Below are positions 19,197 through 26,785 of a DNA stretch of 34,984 bases, one piece after another. A model generated the notes under the pieces. That model made no database searches. It was not told where the DNA came from and saw nothing but the letters and a program-made list of their open reading frames with translations. The position numbers and the translations under genes are program-made. Origin of the DNA: a virus (lineage: Duplodnaviria; Caudoviricetes); IMG/VR virus record IMGVR_UViG_3300027764_000002, positions 1-34,984 of that record; one strand, 5' to 3'. Position 1 is the stretch's first letter. Every line of letters starts with the position of its first letter.

Positions 19197-20401
19197 AAAC
19201 CTAGTTTTAATTTAAATTCATTACTCATTTTAACTGCTTCCGGCGTTGTCATAGTTCCGTTTTCAATAGCTATCTTTATTGCGTCTTGCATTACTTTAAA
19301 ACTATTAATTCTATCTACAACTACTGATTGCATTACTGCTAAATGATCGTAACTTGCTTTAAGTCTTTCACCTTTTTCTAATAAACCCCATTGAGAAGAT
19401 AAAGAGTTCATTGTATTATCAGCAGTAGATTGTATTGAGTTTTGAATATACTTAATAGTTCCTTTTTCTTGGTTTTCAAACGTACTATCTTTAGAGAAGT
19501 AGTTTAACACATCTTTGTTAAGTCCAAAAGCTAGTAAACATTTATTAGCATCGTCAGCAAATTGCTCGTCTAAATAAAGTTGTTTCATATTACTAACTAA
19601 ATGCTGAACGTTTACATTTGCATTAGTAACTATTAATGACTTACTACTTAAAACATTTTCTATTGAAGCCCTATCTGATGTTTGTATTTGAGCCTCGTTG
19701 CCTGTGCTTTCATTTTTTGAAAGATACTTTTGGCTCATTTTAAGATTAATATTCTTTGACGCTAAATTTTCATCTATGTTTCTTAACACTTTATGTATTG
19801 CACGAACTCTGCTTGGTGAGATCATAAAAGTATTATCTTCTAAACCGTTAGCTAAATCATATAACGGCAAAATATCGTTTAAATATAAATCATAAGTTTG
19901 CCCATCTAAATTGTATTTAATCTTACGCTCATTAAAAGACTTAATGTCTTGTTTAGTAACTAAAAACTTATTTAACTTTTGCGAATTGTTTAAATCAATT
20001 TCAGAAGGAATAAGATTGTATATTGCTTTAGGTAATTCGTTAGCAAACGCTTTCTTCTGATAAATGTAGTTATTGCCTGATGTTGATAAAAACACCATTT
20101 GTTGGTAAAAGAAATCTTCTTTTGATTGAAAGTAATTAGGATTGTAAAGTAAATTTACATAAGGACTGTTTTCAATTAGTTTATTATTTTTATCTAAATG
20201 TTGTATTTTCATTTGAGAATACAATTCAGATCTTAAATTAACAATAGTATTTAATACAGGGTTTGTAAAGTATAGTTCTAAATATCTACCGTTATCTGTA
20301 AAGCTACCCCCGTCTAGGAAGGTATAAGAGAATTGACCGGTTCTATCACGTTCTACACGAAATAATTCACGACCAAATAAACTAACTGATTTTGTTACCA
20401 T
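19193..20401 (-). CDS. Portal protein (HK97-like)
   Basis: LLYNPNYFQS..DF, GNNYIY, STFENQE motifs; follows the terminase. Confidence 0.88.
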   Translation of the reverse strand: MVTKSVSLFGRELFRVERDRTGQFSYTFLDGGSFTDNGRYLELYFTNPVLNTIVNLRSELYSQMKIQHLDKNNKLIENSPYVNLLYNPNYFQSKEDFFYQQMVFLSTSGNNYIYQKKAFANELPKAIYNLIPSEIDLNNSQKLNKFLVTKQDIKSFNERKIKYNLDGQTYDLYLNDILPLYDLANGLEDNTFMISPSRVRAIHKVLRNIDENLASKNINLKMSQKYLSKNESTGNEAQIQTSDRASIENVLSSKSLIVTNANVNVQHLVSNMKQLYLDEQFADDANKCLLAFGLNKDVLNYFSKDSTFENQEKGTIKYIQNSIQSTADNTMNSLSSQWGLLEKGERLKASYDHLAVMQSVVVDRINSFKVMQDAIKIAIENGTMTTPEAVKMSNEFKLKLGL

Positions 20402-20430
20402 AAATATATCTTTGTCTCACGACAATAATT
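20402..20430 (-). promoter_or_regulatory. GTGA-tetraloop leader hairpin, copy B
   Basis: AATTA TTGTC GTGA GACAA AGATATATTT ATG. Confidence 0.7.
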
Positions 20431-20439
20431 ACAATTTTA

Positions 20440-20447
20440 CAAATGTA
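20440..20447 (-). promoter_or_regulatory. -7 promoter element (TACATTTG) for the portal/head/tail operon
   Basis: TAnnTTTG match in the terL-portal intergenic gap. Confidence 0.65.
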
Positions 20448-20503
20448 TAAAAAAACTAGTTACAACTACTAATTATTTATAATTATTTTAAACAATATTT
20501 TTG

Positions 20504-21691
20504 TTACGTTAAATATCTTGTCCTAGCATACCAACTTGCAACGTATTTACAAGCGTCAATTGCGTGATCGTTACCTTGTTCCGGCTCATCTAATTGCACG
20601 CCTTGTATTATTCTCCAACTATGGTTTTCATATTCTTGTTGTAAGTTTTCGCTATTTCTAGTATAAAATACTTGCTTTTTTTGTAGCAATTCAATACCAC
20701 TAACAACACTACCTTTGCCTTTAAGTGCATAAATAACATTAAAACCGCTATTTCTTAACTTCTGCCCTTCTGTTTTATTTATTTCATTACTACTATCCAC
20801 AATTAATTCTTTGCGCTTGTCTATTCCTAAATTATGCAATTCGTCAGATAATGTGCCTTGCATTATATTCATAGGCTTATATAATAATTCTTTAAAGAAA
20901 AAACATTGATCTCCGTCAAACTTCATTTCTATTAAAGTAGTAGGTGCTGAAAGTCCAAAATCCATTCCGTAATAATTAGGGTATGGTAAATCATCAAACT
21001 CTTTATCGCTCATTACATTCCAATTCTTAAATATTCTATTAGGCTTTTCGGCTTTTAAGCCTAAACCGTAAACAGTCCAAAGGTAATCACTTGCTGTATT
21101 TTGTTGTATATTATATTCAGTGGGTTCGTAAGATAATATTTTCTTTTTCTGTTCAGTAGGGCAAAAAGGGTTATCTTTAAACGTACTATGTAATACTATT
21201 GCGTTATCTTGCTTTATTAAATCGTCACTCCACATTTTACCAATAGGGTTGTAATCTAAAAAAACAACACCACTACAACGCATATCTAATTGATTAAAAA
21301 CTTCTAACGGGACTTTATAAATTTCATTAAACCAAAGGTAATCTGAATGGTAACCGTGAACTTTTAACTCATCATCAGTACCTTCAATGTAAATCGTTGA
21401 TCCATTAGGAAAAGTTAAAGTGCTTTCAGTTTTATTATACTTAACAGCATCCCAATTCTCTAGCGTTGGGTAATACTTTAACATATCTTGTAAAATAGTG
21501 TCTTTGCAATCCTTTTTAGTATTACGGAATACTGCTAATTTAATTCTAGGTTCTTTCCAAGCCAAAAGCCAAAAAATTTGTAAAATAGAAAAGGTTTTTG
21601 AACTCCTACTACTTCCGGAATTAATTATGTATTTATATTTTTTAGAATGTAAAGCGTCCCAATTCTTTTCAAATACTTTAGTTGCCTTCAT
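20504..21691 (-). CDS. terL: Terminase large subunit (PBSX/SPP1-like)
   Basis: Walker A GSSRSSKT, Walker B LWFNE, DYNP, HSTFKDNPF, nuclease GMDFG and NDHAIDACKY. Confidence 0.95.
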   Translation of the reverse strand: MKATKVFEKNWDALHSKKYKYIINSGSSRSSKTFSILQIFWLLAWKEPRIKLAVFRNTKKDCKDTILQDMLKYYPTLENWDAVKYNKTESTLTFPNGSTIYIEGTDDELKVHGYHSDYLWFNEIYKVPLEVFNQLDMRCSGVVFLDYNPIGKMWSDDLIKQDNAIVLHSTFKDNPFCPTEQKKKILSYEPTEYNIQQNTASDYLWTVYGLGLKAEKPNRIFKNWNVMSDKEFDDLPYPNYYGMDFGLSAPTTLIEMKFDGDQCFFFKELLYKPMNIMQGTLSDELHNLGIDKRKELIVDSSNEINKTEGQKLRNSGFNVIYALKGKGSVVSGIELLQKKQVFYTRNSENLQQEYENHSWRIIQGVQLDEPEQGNDHAIDACKYVASWYARTRYLT

Positions 21692-22124
21692 TACGGACTA
21701 TTTCAACTTGAATAGAATTTGTTTGCATAGGTTTGTTGTCGCTAGTTATATCAGTACGTTCTTGAAGTCCGTTTAAGCGTTGTGTTATGCTTGGGTTGTA
21801 AATATTAACCATACCGCCTTCGATCTGATCTTGCTGAATATTTCGCTTAATGCGTGAACAGATACCAATATAATCTTTGTATCTATCATCTCTATTTTCA
21901 AAATACTGTTCAACACAGTTTATAATTCCTATATCGTCAAGGTAGTTTTGAAACCCTACAAAAGTCAAAGGTCTTTCTTTTGGTTTATGTACCATATCAG
22001 CATCTTTACCTACCCAATCCTTTACTAGAATAGGGTTATCTTTTATTAGTTTTTTATACTCTTCAAAGTATTGCCACATTTTTTCGGGGGTTGAAATATT
22101 TTTTGTTCCTATTGGTCTTGCCAT
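21678..22124 (-). CDS. terS: Terminase small subunit
   Basis: MARP..TPE..W..F.EY, RPLT..GF, YNPSITQRLNGL; directly upstream of terL. Confidence 0.85.
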   Translation of the reverse strand: MARPIGTKNISTPEKMWQYFEEYKKLIKDNPILVKDWVGKDADMVHKPKERPLTFVGFQNYLDDIGIINCVEQYFENRDDRYKDYIGICSRIKRNIQQDQIEGGMVNIYNPSITQRLNGLQERTDITSDNKPMQTNSIQVEIVRNEGN

Positions 22125-22138
22125 ACATTTATAATTTT

Positions 22139-22165
22139 AAAAACCTACCACCGCAGCAGTAGGTT
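22139..22165 (-). terminator. Intrinsic terminator-like hairpin immediately upstream of terS
   Basis: AACCTACTGC-TGCG-GTGGTAGGTT followed by TTT on the minus strand. Confidence 0.6.
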
Positions 22166-22191
22166 ACCGATCAATTTAAATTGCGACCGTT

Positions 22192-22407
22192 TTAATTCTT
22201 ATTCATTAAATTTTTAATAGCTATATTTTTTCCTACTTCTTCATATAATTCTGAATTGTATTCAAGAATGTAATCAGTACCTCCTATAATTAAGCACATT
22301 GTTTCACTATCTATTATATATCTACCATTAGCATCACTAATAACAAAATCGAAGTTTCTGTACTCTTGATCGTCTTCTGTTTGAATTAATACTCTAGGCT
22401 GTTTCAT
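22192..22407 (-). CDS. Hypothetical protein (71 aa), first gene of the leftward arm
   Basis: Clean ORF directly behind a promoter element. Confidence 0.7.
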   Translation of the reverse strand: MKQPRVLIQTEDDQEYRNFDFVISDANGRYIIDSETMCLIIGGTDYILEYNSELYEEVGKNIAIKNLMNKN

Positions 22408-22411
22408 ATAT

Positions 22412-22419
22412 CAAAGGTA
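22412..22419 (-). promoter_or_regulatory. Leftward -7 promoter element (TACCTTTG); probably gives a leaderless transcript
   Basis: Only 4 nt between TTTG and ATG 22407. Confidence 0.65.
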
Positions 22420-22473
22420 TAAAAAAAAAATTTATAATGTGTATTTTAATAAAATAATTTTTTATATTTACAA

Positions 22474-22534
22474 CTTCATAGTTTGCATTTGTTTAGTTCA
22501 TTAAATCCCCTCATTGATTTGTTGGGGATTTTTT
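22474..22534 (+). ncRNA. Candidate small RNA (about 60 nt)
   Basis: Promoter-like TATATTTA at 22463-22470, U-rich 5' arm, AATCCCC..GGGGATT hairpin plus T-run; no ORF. Confidence 0.4.
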
Positions 22535-22595
22535 GTCTTGTAAACCCAATAAAATAAGGCAAAGTAAAAATAAATTGAAAATAAACTTGAAAAAG

Positions 22596-22626
22596 TTTGC
22601 ATAATCAAAATATGGTTGTATATTTG
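22596..22626 (+). promoter_or_regulatory. Consensus Bacteroidota sigma-A promoter for the early arm
   Basis: TTTG (22596-22599), 19-nt spacer, TATATTTG (22619-22626). Confidence 0.85.
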
Positions 22627-22662
22627 TACCAGCAATAAAGCTAAACATTAAAAACTAACATT

Positions 22663-22905
22663 ATGAAAAACTTAGCACAGTTTAAAACTATGAAAAATGC
22701 AGTACAATTTATTAAAGATTTTGGAGTTGATGATGATTGGAAAGATTTTACAATGGGTGACTTTATAAAATCAGATATTCCTGATTTAGTAATTGATGAT
22801 TTAGACAATGCAATAAGAATTGTTAGACTTTCAAAAATTAAAAATATACAATTACGTCAAGACGACAAAATCAATGGTGGAACAATGGAGTGGGATAACT
22901 TTTAA
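22663..22905 (+). CDS. Early hypothetical protein, paralog 1 (alternative start 22690)
   Basis: MKNAVQ...AIRIVR.S.I.N.QL.Q...MEWDNF shared with the next ORF. Confidence 0.75.
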   Translation: MKNLAQFKTMKNAVQFIKDFGVDDDWKDFTMGDFIKSDIPDLVIDDLDNAIRIVRLSKIKNIQLRQDDKINGGTMEWDNF

Positions 22906-22945
22906 AATTTTAGTTATTATAACAACTAATAAACAAATAAAAATT

Positions 22946-23125
22946 ATGAAAAACGCAGTACAAATTAAAATAGGATTTTTTTGTGATTGGCAACCATTTA
23001 CTAATAATGATGGTCTTGTTTTTGATTTTGAACAAGCTATTAGAATAGTTAGACGTTCAGGAATTAGAAACGTACAACTACAACAAGAAAGTAATGGCAA
23101 TGTAATGGAATGGGATAATTTTTAA
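22946..23125 (+). CDS. Early hypothetical protein, paralog 2 (59 aa)
   Basis: Starts MKNAVQIK after an A-rich leader; ends MEWDNF. Confidence 0.75.
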   Translation: MKNAVQIKIGFFCDWQPFTNNDGLVFDFEQAIRIVRRSGIRNVQLQQESNGNVMEWDNF

Positions 23126-23135
23126 AACTAAAACT

Positions 23136-23225
23136 ATGAAACACTTTCTACAACACAAGAAACCGCAATTAACATTTGCATTTATTATTTTAATTTATTT
23201 TATAACACAAATAGCAAGAATATGA
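23136..23225 (+). CDS. Small membrane peptide (29 aa)
   Basis: MKHFLQHKKPQLTFAFIILIYFITQIARI; A-rich leader, ATGA overlap with the next gene. Confidence 0.6.
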   Translation: MKHFLQHKKPQLTFAFIILIYFITQIARI

Positions 23226-23467
23226 AAACAGCAATGCAAGAACTATTTAGCCAATTAGAATTAGAACATCCTAATTTATTTAATACAAATACTTTAGAGG
23301 GTAGAAAGTTTATAAACGATTATTATAAATTTTTTGAATTAGAAAAGCAACAGATAATTGATGCTCACGGAAATAAAACTAAAAAATCAGGTGGTATTTC
23401 AAATAGCACATATATTTTAACAGGACTAGAATATTACAACGTAACTTTTGGAATAAAACAAATATGA
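23222..23467 (+). CDS. Hypothetical protein (81 aa), EKQQIIDA-type module
   Basis: Shares a 104-bp block with the ORF at 33050. Confidence 0.75.
   Translation: MKTAMQELFSQLELEHPNLFNTNTLEGRKFINDYYKFFELEKQQIIDAHGNKTKKSGGISNSTYILTGLEYYNVTFGIKQI
23336..23439 (+). repeat. 104-bp dispersed direct repeat, copy 1
   Basis: 6 mismatches relative to 33137..33240 (manual alignment). Confidence 0.9.
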
Positions 23468-23619
23468 AAAAATCTCACGGAGGAGCAAACAGAAATCAAG
23501 GTCGTAAATCGCCATTTGCAGAACTAACAAAAACAACTACTTTTCGCATCCCTATATCGCAAATAGATAATGTTAAAAGAATAGTCAAAGATTATCTTCA
23601 ACAATTTAAAAAACAATAA
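23464..23619 (+). CDS. Small DNA-binding protein, ribbon-helix-helix-like (51 aa)
   Basis: MKKSHGGANRNQGRKSPFAELTKTTTFRIPISQIDNVKRIVKDYLQQFKKQ; GG..R..GRK arm, beta strand, helix. Confidence 0.65.
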   Translation: MKKSHGGANRNQGRKSPFAELTKTTTFRIPISQIDNVKRIVKDYLQQFKKQ

Positions 23620-23682
23620 TTTATAATCAATATAAACAACGCTTAAAAGTAAAATAAATTTTTTTATTACATTTAATACCTT

Positions 23683-23690
23683 TAAATTTG
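23683..23690 (+). promoter_or_regulatory. -7 promoter element (TAAATTTG)
   Basis: TAnnTTTG match 24 nt upstream of ATG 23715. Confidence 0.5.
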
Positions 23691-23714
23691 TTTAACTAAT
23701 TAAAACTAAACACT

Positions 23715-23969
23715 ATGACAAAATTCAAAAATGATCCCACAGACGAACACGATTTACAAGGCGATTTTATTCCAACAGGTTTAAGTTCTTGTTTAGATTA
23801 CTACAAAGATTTTGATGATTGCGAATATTTAGAAAACGCAATTTATGAAACTGATACTAAAATATCAAAAGCACTTGACGAGATACAATATTTGATTGAC
23901 TATGCTAGAGTTGGTCACAATGATTTTTTAGCAAACAAACTTATAAACTTAAAAAACACTTTGAAATAA
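23715..23969 (+). CDS. Acidic hypothetical protein (84 aa)
   Basis: ORF with A-rich leader in a tightly packed operon. Confidence 0.65.
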   Translation: MTKFKNDPTDEHDLQGDFIPTGLSSCLDYYKDFDDCEYLENAIYETDTKISKALDEIQYLIDYARVGHNDFLANKLINLKNTLK

Positions 23970-24193
23970 TGAAAAAAGGAACACAAGTAATGCTCAACAT
24001 AAATTCCTGCATTGGGGATTTAATATTCTCTAAACTATCGGATGAGAATTGGAAACTAAATGATAATCCTATTGGTATGGTTGGAACGATTTGCAAAATA
24101 GGAAATCACAAAATGAACTCTTTACCTGTATTGGTAATGTGGGCAAATGGTTTAACTAACTCTTACGAATATAAAAATCTAATTGAACTATGA
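23969..24193 (+). CDS. Hypothetical protein (74 aa), possible SH3-like beta fold
   Basis: MKKG..V...NP....GTI....V.W.NG..NSY...L.L pattern. Confidence 0.6.
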   Translation: MKKGTQVMLNINSCIGDLIFSKLSDENWKLNDNPIGMVGTICKIGNHKMNSLPVLVMWANGLTNSYEYKNLIEL

Positions 24194-24387
24194 TACCAGC
24201 ACAAGAAAAAGCAATACAGTTGATTGACAAGTTTACATATTGGAACACAAGTCAAGCAGAAAGAGAAGGTATTTTATCCGCATTAAAAGTAATTGGCGAA
24301 ATAATAAATCTCAATGAAGTTAAGGATGTAAAATATTGGAGTGAAGTTCAAAACGAAATTATAAACTATAAAAACAATTTAATATGA
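24190..24387 (+). CDS. Hypothetical protein (65 aa), EKAI.L.DKF-type module
   Basis: Paralogous to the C-terminal half of ORF 33050. Confidence 0.65.
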   Translation: MIPAQEKAIQLIDKFTYWNTSQAEREGILSALKVIGEIINLNEVKDVKYWSEVQNEIINYKNNLI

Positions 24388-24581
24388 AAACAATAAATCT
24401 AGGTTACGCAAATGGATGGGGTTTTAAAGATAATGAACTATATGCAGAATTACAAAAAAATAAAATTGCTGGTTCGGCTTCTTCTGAAAACATAGGCAAC
24501 TGCTTAAACTTATACAGCTTCGAAACGATCCAGGAAAACGAAAGAGTAAAAGTAATTTATAAAATAGATAGCGGAGATTAA
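24384..24581 (+). CDS. Hypothetical protein (65 aa)
   Basis: Overlapping start/stop; NLGYANGW...YKIDSGD. Confidence 0.65.
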   Translation: MKTINLGYANGWGFKDNELYAELQKNKIAGSASSENIGNCLNLYSFETIQENERVKVIYKIDSGD

Positions 24582-24582
24582 T

Positions 24583-24702
24583 ATGACACCACAAGATAAA
24601 AAAGAACTGAATTTCATTTTAAAAACAGCCATAGAAATTGCAATAGCAATGGCAATAACAACAACAATAATTTACATAACTCTTAAACTTTTAAAACTAT
24701 GA
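24583..24702 (+). CDS. Small membrane protein (39 aa)
   Basis: MTPQDKKELNFILKTAIEIAIAMAITTTIIYITLKLLKL; fills the gap with an ATGA overlap. Confidence 0.55.
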   Translation: MTPQDKKELNFILKTAIEIAIAMAITTTIIYITLKLLKL

Positions 24703-24962
24703 ACGAATTAATTCAATTACAAGCATTACAAATTCAAGCATTACAAAATCGTGTTTCTTATTTAGAAAACCTTGATTCAAATTTAATAATTAAAGAATTG
24801 CAAACTCGTAATATTTATTTAGAAAATGAATTACACCAGGCTAAAAACATTCTTGAAGATATTGTAAAAGACTGGGAAGTATTCCAAGAAGAAGAAGTAA
24901 AGCCAAACGTATTAGACAACATGTTTGACAATCCAATTATGCAACTTAATAAATTATTCTAA
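24699..24962 (+). CDS. Coiled-coil hypothetical protein (87 aa)
   Basis: Internal repeats LQALQIQALQNR..YLEN / ELQTR..YLEN. Confidence 0.65.
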   Translation: MNELIQLQALQIQALQNRVSYLENLDSNLIIKELQTRNIYLENELHQAKNILEDIVKDWEVFQEEEVKPNVLDNMFDNPIMQLNKLF

Positions 24963-25069
24963 TGGAGAGTGATTGTTGTGGTGCCAGTGAATGGCTAGAA
25001 GATACAGGTATTTGTTCCGAATGTATGGAACATGCAGATTGGAATGACGAAGAAGAAGAAAACAACTAA
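24962..25069 (+). CDS. Small zinc-ribbon protein (35 aa)
   Basis: MESDCCGASEWLEDTGICSECMEHADWNDEEEENN; CC..CxxCxEH. Confidence 0.65.
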   Translation: MESDCCGASEWLEDTGICSECMEHADWNDEEEENN

Positions 25070-25081
25070 AACTAAATAACA

Positions 25082-25528
25082 ATGGGAGCAACAAGCGAAA
25101 TGCACATAGCATTAAGAGCCGAAGAAATGGCAACAATGTACGAGCCAACTTTTACTAAAAAAGAGGCAATACAAACAGGAGTTGAATTAGTAAACAATTT
25201 ACTAGAAAGCGGAACAGTAGACAAAATGCAATTTATGGCTAACCTATGCCGATTGAAAGAAGTTGTTAATTCTGCTGATGCTGAAATGAGAAAACATTTA
25301 CCACAAGAAAAATCAAATGTTTGGGGTGTTGAATTTACACCTGTAAACGGTGGTAATACTATCAACTATGCAGACGATGAAATTTACCAACAGTTAAAAT
25401 CTGATTTGGATGCGAGAGCCGATTTATTAAAGTTGGCTCAATCACAAACGATAATTGATGCTTATGGTAACGATGTGCCAAAAGTATCAACAACACCAAG
25501 AAAAAGCAGCGTTACAATTAAATTTTAA
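25082..25528 (+). CDS. Hypothetical protein (148 aa) of the replication/recombination region
   Basis: Long clean ORF with an A-rich leader. Confidence 0.7.
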   Translation: MGATSEMHIALRAEEMATMYEPTFTKKEAIQTGVELVNNLLESGTVDKMQFMANLCRLKEVVNSADAEMRKHLPQEKSNVWGVEFTPVNGGNTINYADDEIYQQLKSDLDARADLLKLAQSQTIIDAYGNDVPKVSTTPRKSSVTIKF

Positions 25529-25534
25529 ACAATT

Positions 25535-25735
25535 ATGATTTACGACAGAAGATATTGCTACTCGCCAAAAAAGTTAATGATCCTCAACTTTTATTTAATC
25601 TTCGGGTCCACGATGCAAATAGAAACAATCGCTTATAAATTAGGAATTAAGAAGTCCTTTTTAAACAGAATTGTTGACGAGTGGAATGACAATAATCATT
25701 ATGTGTTAGTTGAAAGTAAAATTAATACAAAATAA
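25535..25735 (+). CDS. Small helix-turn-helix-like protein (66 aa)
   Basis: IETIAYKLGIKKSFLNRIV HTH-like pattern. Confidence 0.55.
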   Translation: MIYDRRYCYSPKKLMILNFYLIFGSTMQIETIAYKLGIKKSFLNRIVDEWNDNNHYVLVESKINTK

Positions 25736-25883
25736 AGTAGTGGATAACACTACTAATTGAAATAAAAGAAGTACATTTGCTTTAGTAACGAAGTGGAACA
25801 CGTTACAAATTTGAAACGACATTACAAGGTCTTATCAACGAAGCGTGTTCCACATTACCGCTGAATTGATGAGGCTTTTTTTT
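25736..25883 (+). promoter_or_regulatory. Inverted repeat, promoter and kissing-loop leader RNA/terminator; divergent copy 3
   Basis: AGTAGT-N7-ACTACT 25736-25754; TACATTTG 25772-25779; P1 GTAACG/CGTTAC with loop GTGGAACA complementary to TGTTCCAC in the loop of P2 (25828-25876), then T8. Confidence 0.7.
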
Positions 25884-25940
25884 ACAACAAATGCAAGGTT
25901 TAAGCATTTTAATTTTAAACCATAAATAAATATTTTTAAG

Positions 25941-26624
25941 ATGGAATCAACATCAAACCGCAGACAGGCTTTCGCCACACCACAAAGTAACCCAGCCTCT
26001 AAATTCCTAGAGTGGAAATCAAACGACAAATCTTTTGAGTACTACGACAAAGAAGAACAAAAGAAAGTGCAAGTATCACTCCCTTTTAAATTTCTAGTCC
26101 TGGATGAATTACATACCATCAAAGGATGGAATGATGCAAGTAGTTCAAATATCTTTTCTAACGAAGTGAAATACATTTCTAAAGAACCAATGACTGTAAA
26201 ACCATTCAAAGGTAATGAGATTGCTAAAGGTCTATATAAAGACATTAAAGACAAAGTTGTTGCTGCTGGAGGTCATTATACTAAAAGTATTTATATAATG
26301 CTTGAGAATGGCGAATTAGCTAACCTACAACTAAAAGGTAGTGCTGTTCAAAAATGGGGTGACTTTACTCAAAAAACTAGAAACCGTTTATCAGATGAAT
26401 GGGTTTCAGTATCCAAAGCTATCGAAGGTAAAAAGGGATCAGTTAAATTCTTTACTCCTGACTTTGGTTTTGAAAAATCACTTTCAACCGATGAAGCAAT
26501 CCAAGCGGATGAATGCTTTAACGTTTTGGAAAACTACTTAAAAACCTATTTAACCAAAGTTGAACAGGTATTAGTTGAAGAAACAGTCAACGTTTCAGAC
26601 GACAGTGAAGATTTAGACTTCTAA
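25941..26624 (+). CDS. Putative single-stranded DNA-binding protein (227 aa)
   Basis: Acidic C-terminal tail DDSEDLDF; upstream of the primase. Confidence 0.6.
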   Translation: MESTSNRRQAFATPQSNPASKFLEWKSNDKSFEYYDKEEQKKVQVSLPFKFLVLDELHTIKGWNDASSSNIFSNEVKYISKEPMTVKPFKGNEIAKGLYKDIKDKVVAAGGHYTKSIYIMLENGELANLQLKGSAVQKWGDFTQKTRNRLSDEWVSVSKAIEGKKGSVKFFTPDFGFEKSLSTDEAIQADECFNVLENYLKTYLTKVEQVLVEETVNVSDDSEDLDF

Positions 26625-26657
26625 TGTTCACCCTTTAAACCCCTATTAATACTAATA

Positions 26658-26768
26658 AAGTCAACATAGCAAACATTTTTTAGAGAAATAGACCCCCTCC
26701 CCCTAAAATTAAAATACTTGTTTCTAAAGGGGTATAGGGAAACGATTAAATGTTTGCTATGTTAACTT
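26658..26768. repeat. 21-bp inverted repeat with a 69-bp spacer; candidate replication origin
   Basis: AAGTCAACATAGCAAACATTT (26658-26678) and AAATGTTTGCTATGTTAACTT (26748-26768), one mismatch; C-runs and G-runs inside. Confidence 0.65.
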
Positions 26769-26785
26769 AAACAATAAAAAAAATT

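Noticed and set aside
1658-21776. Plus-strand ORFs in the structural arm (1658, 1965, 2525, 4236, 9256, 16616, 19698, 21498)
   Set aside because: Antisense shadows of well-supported minus-strand genes with no recognisable motifs
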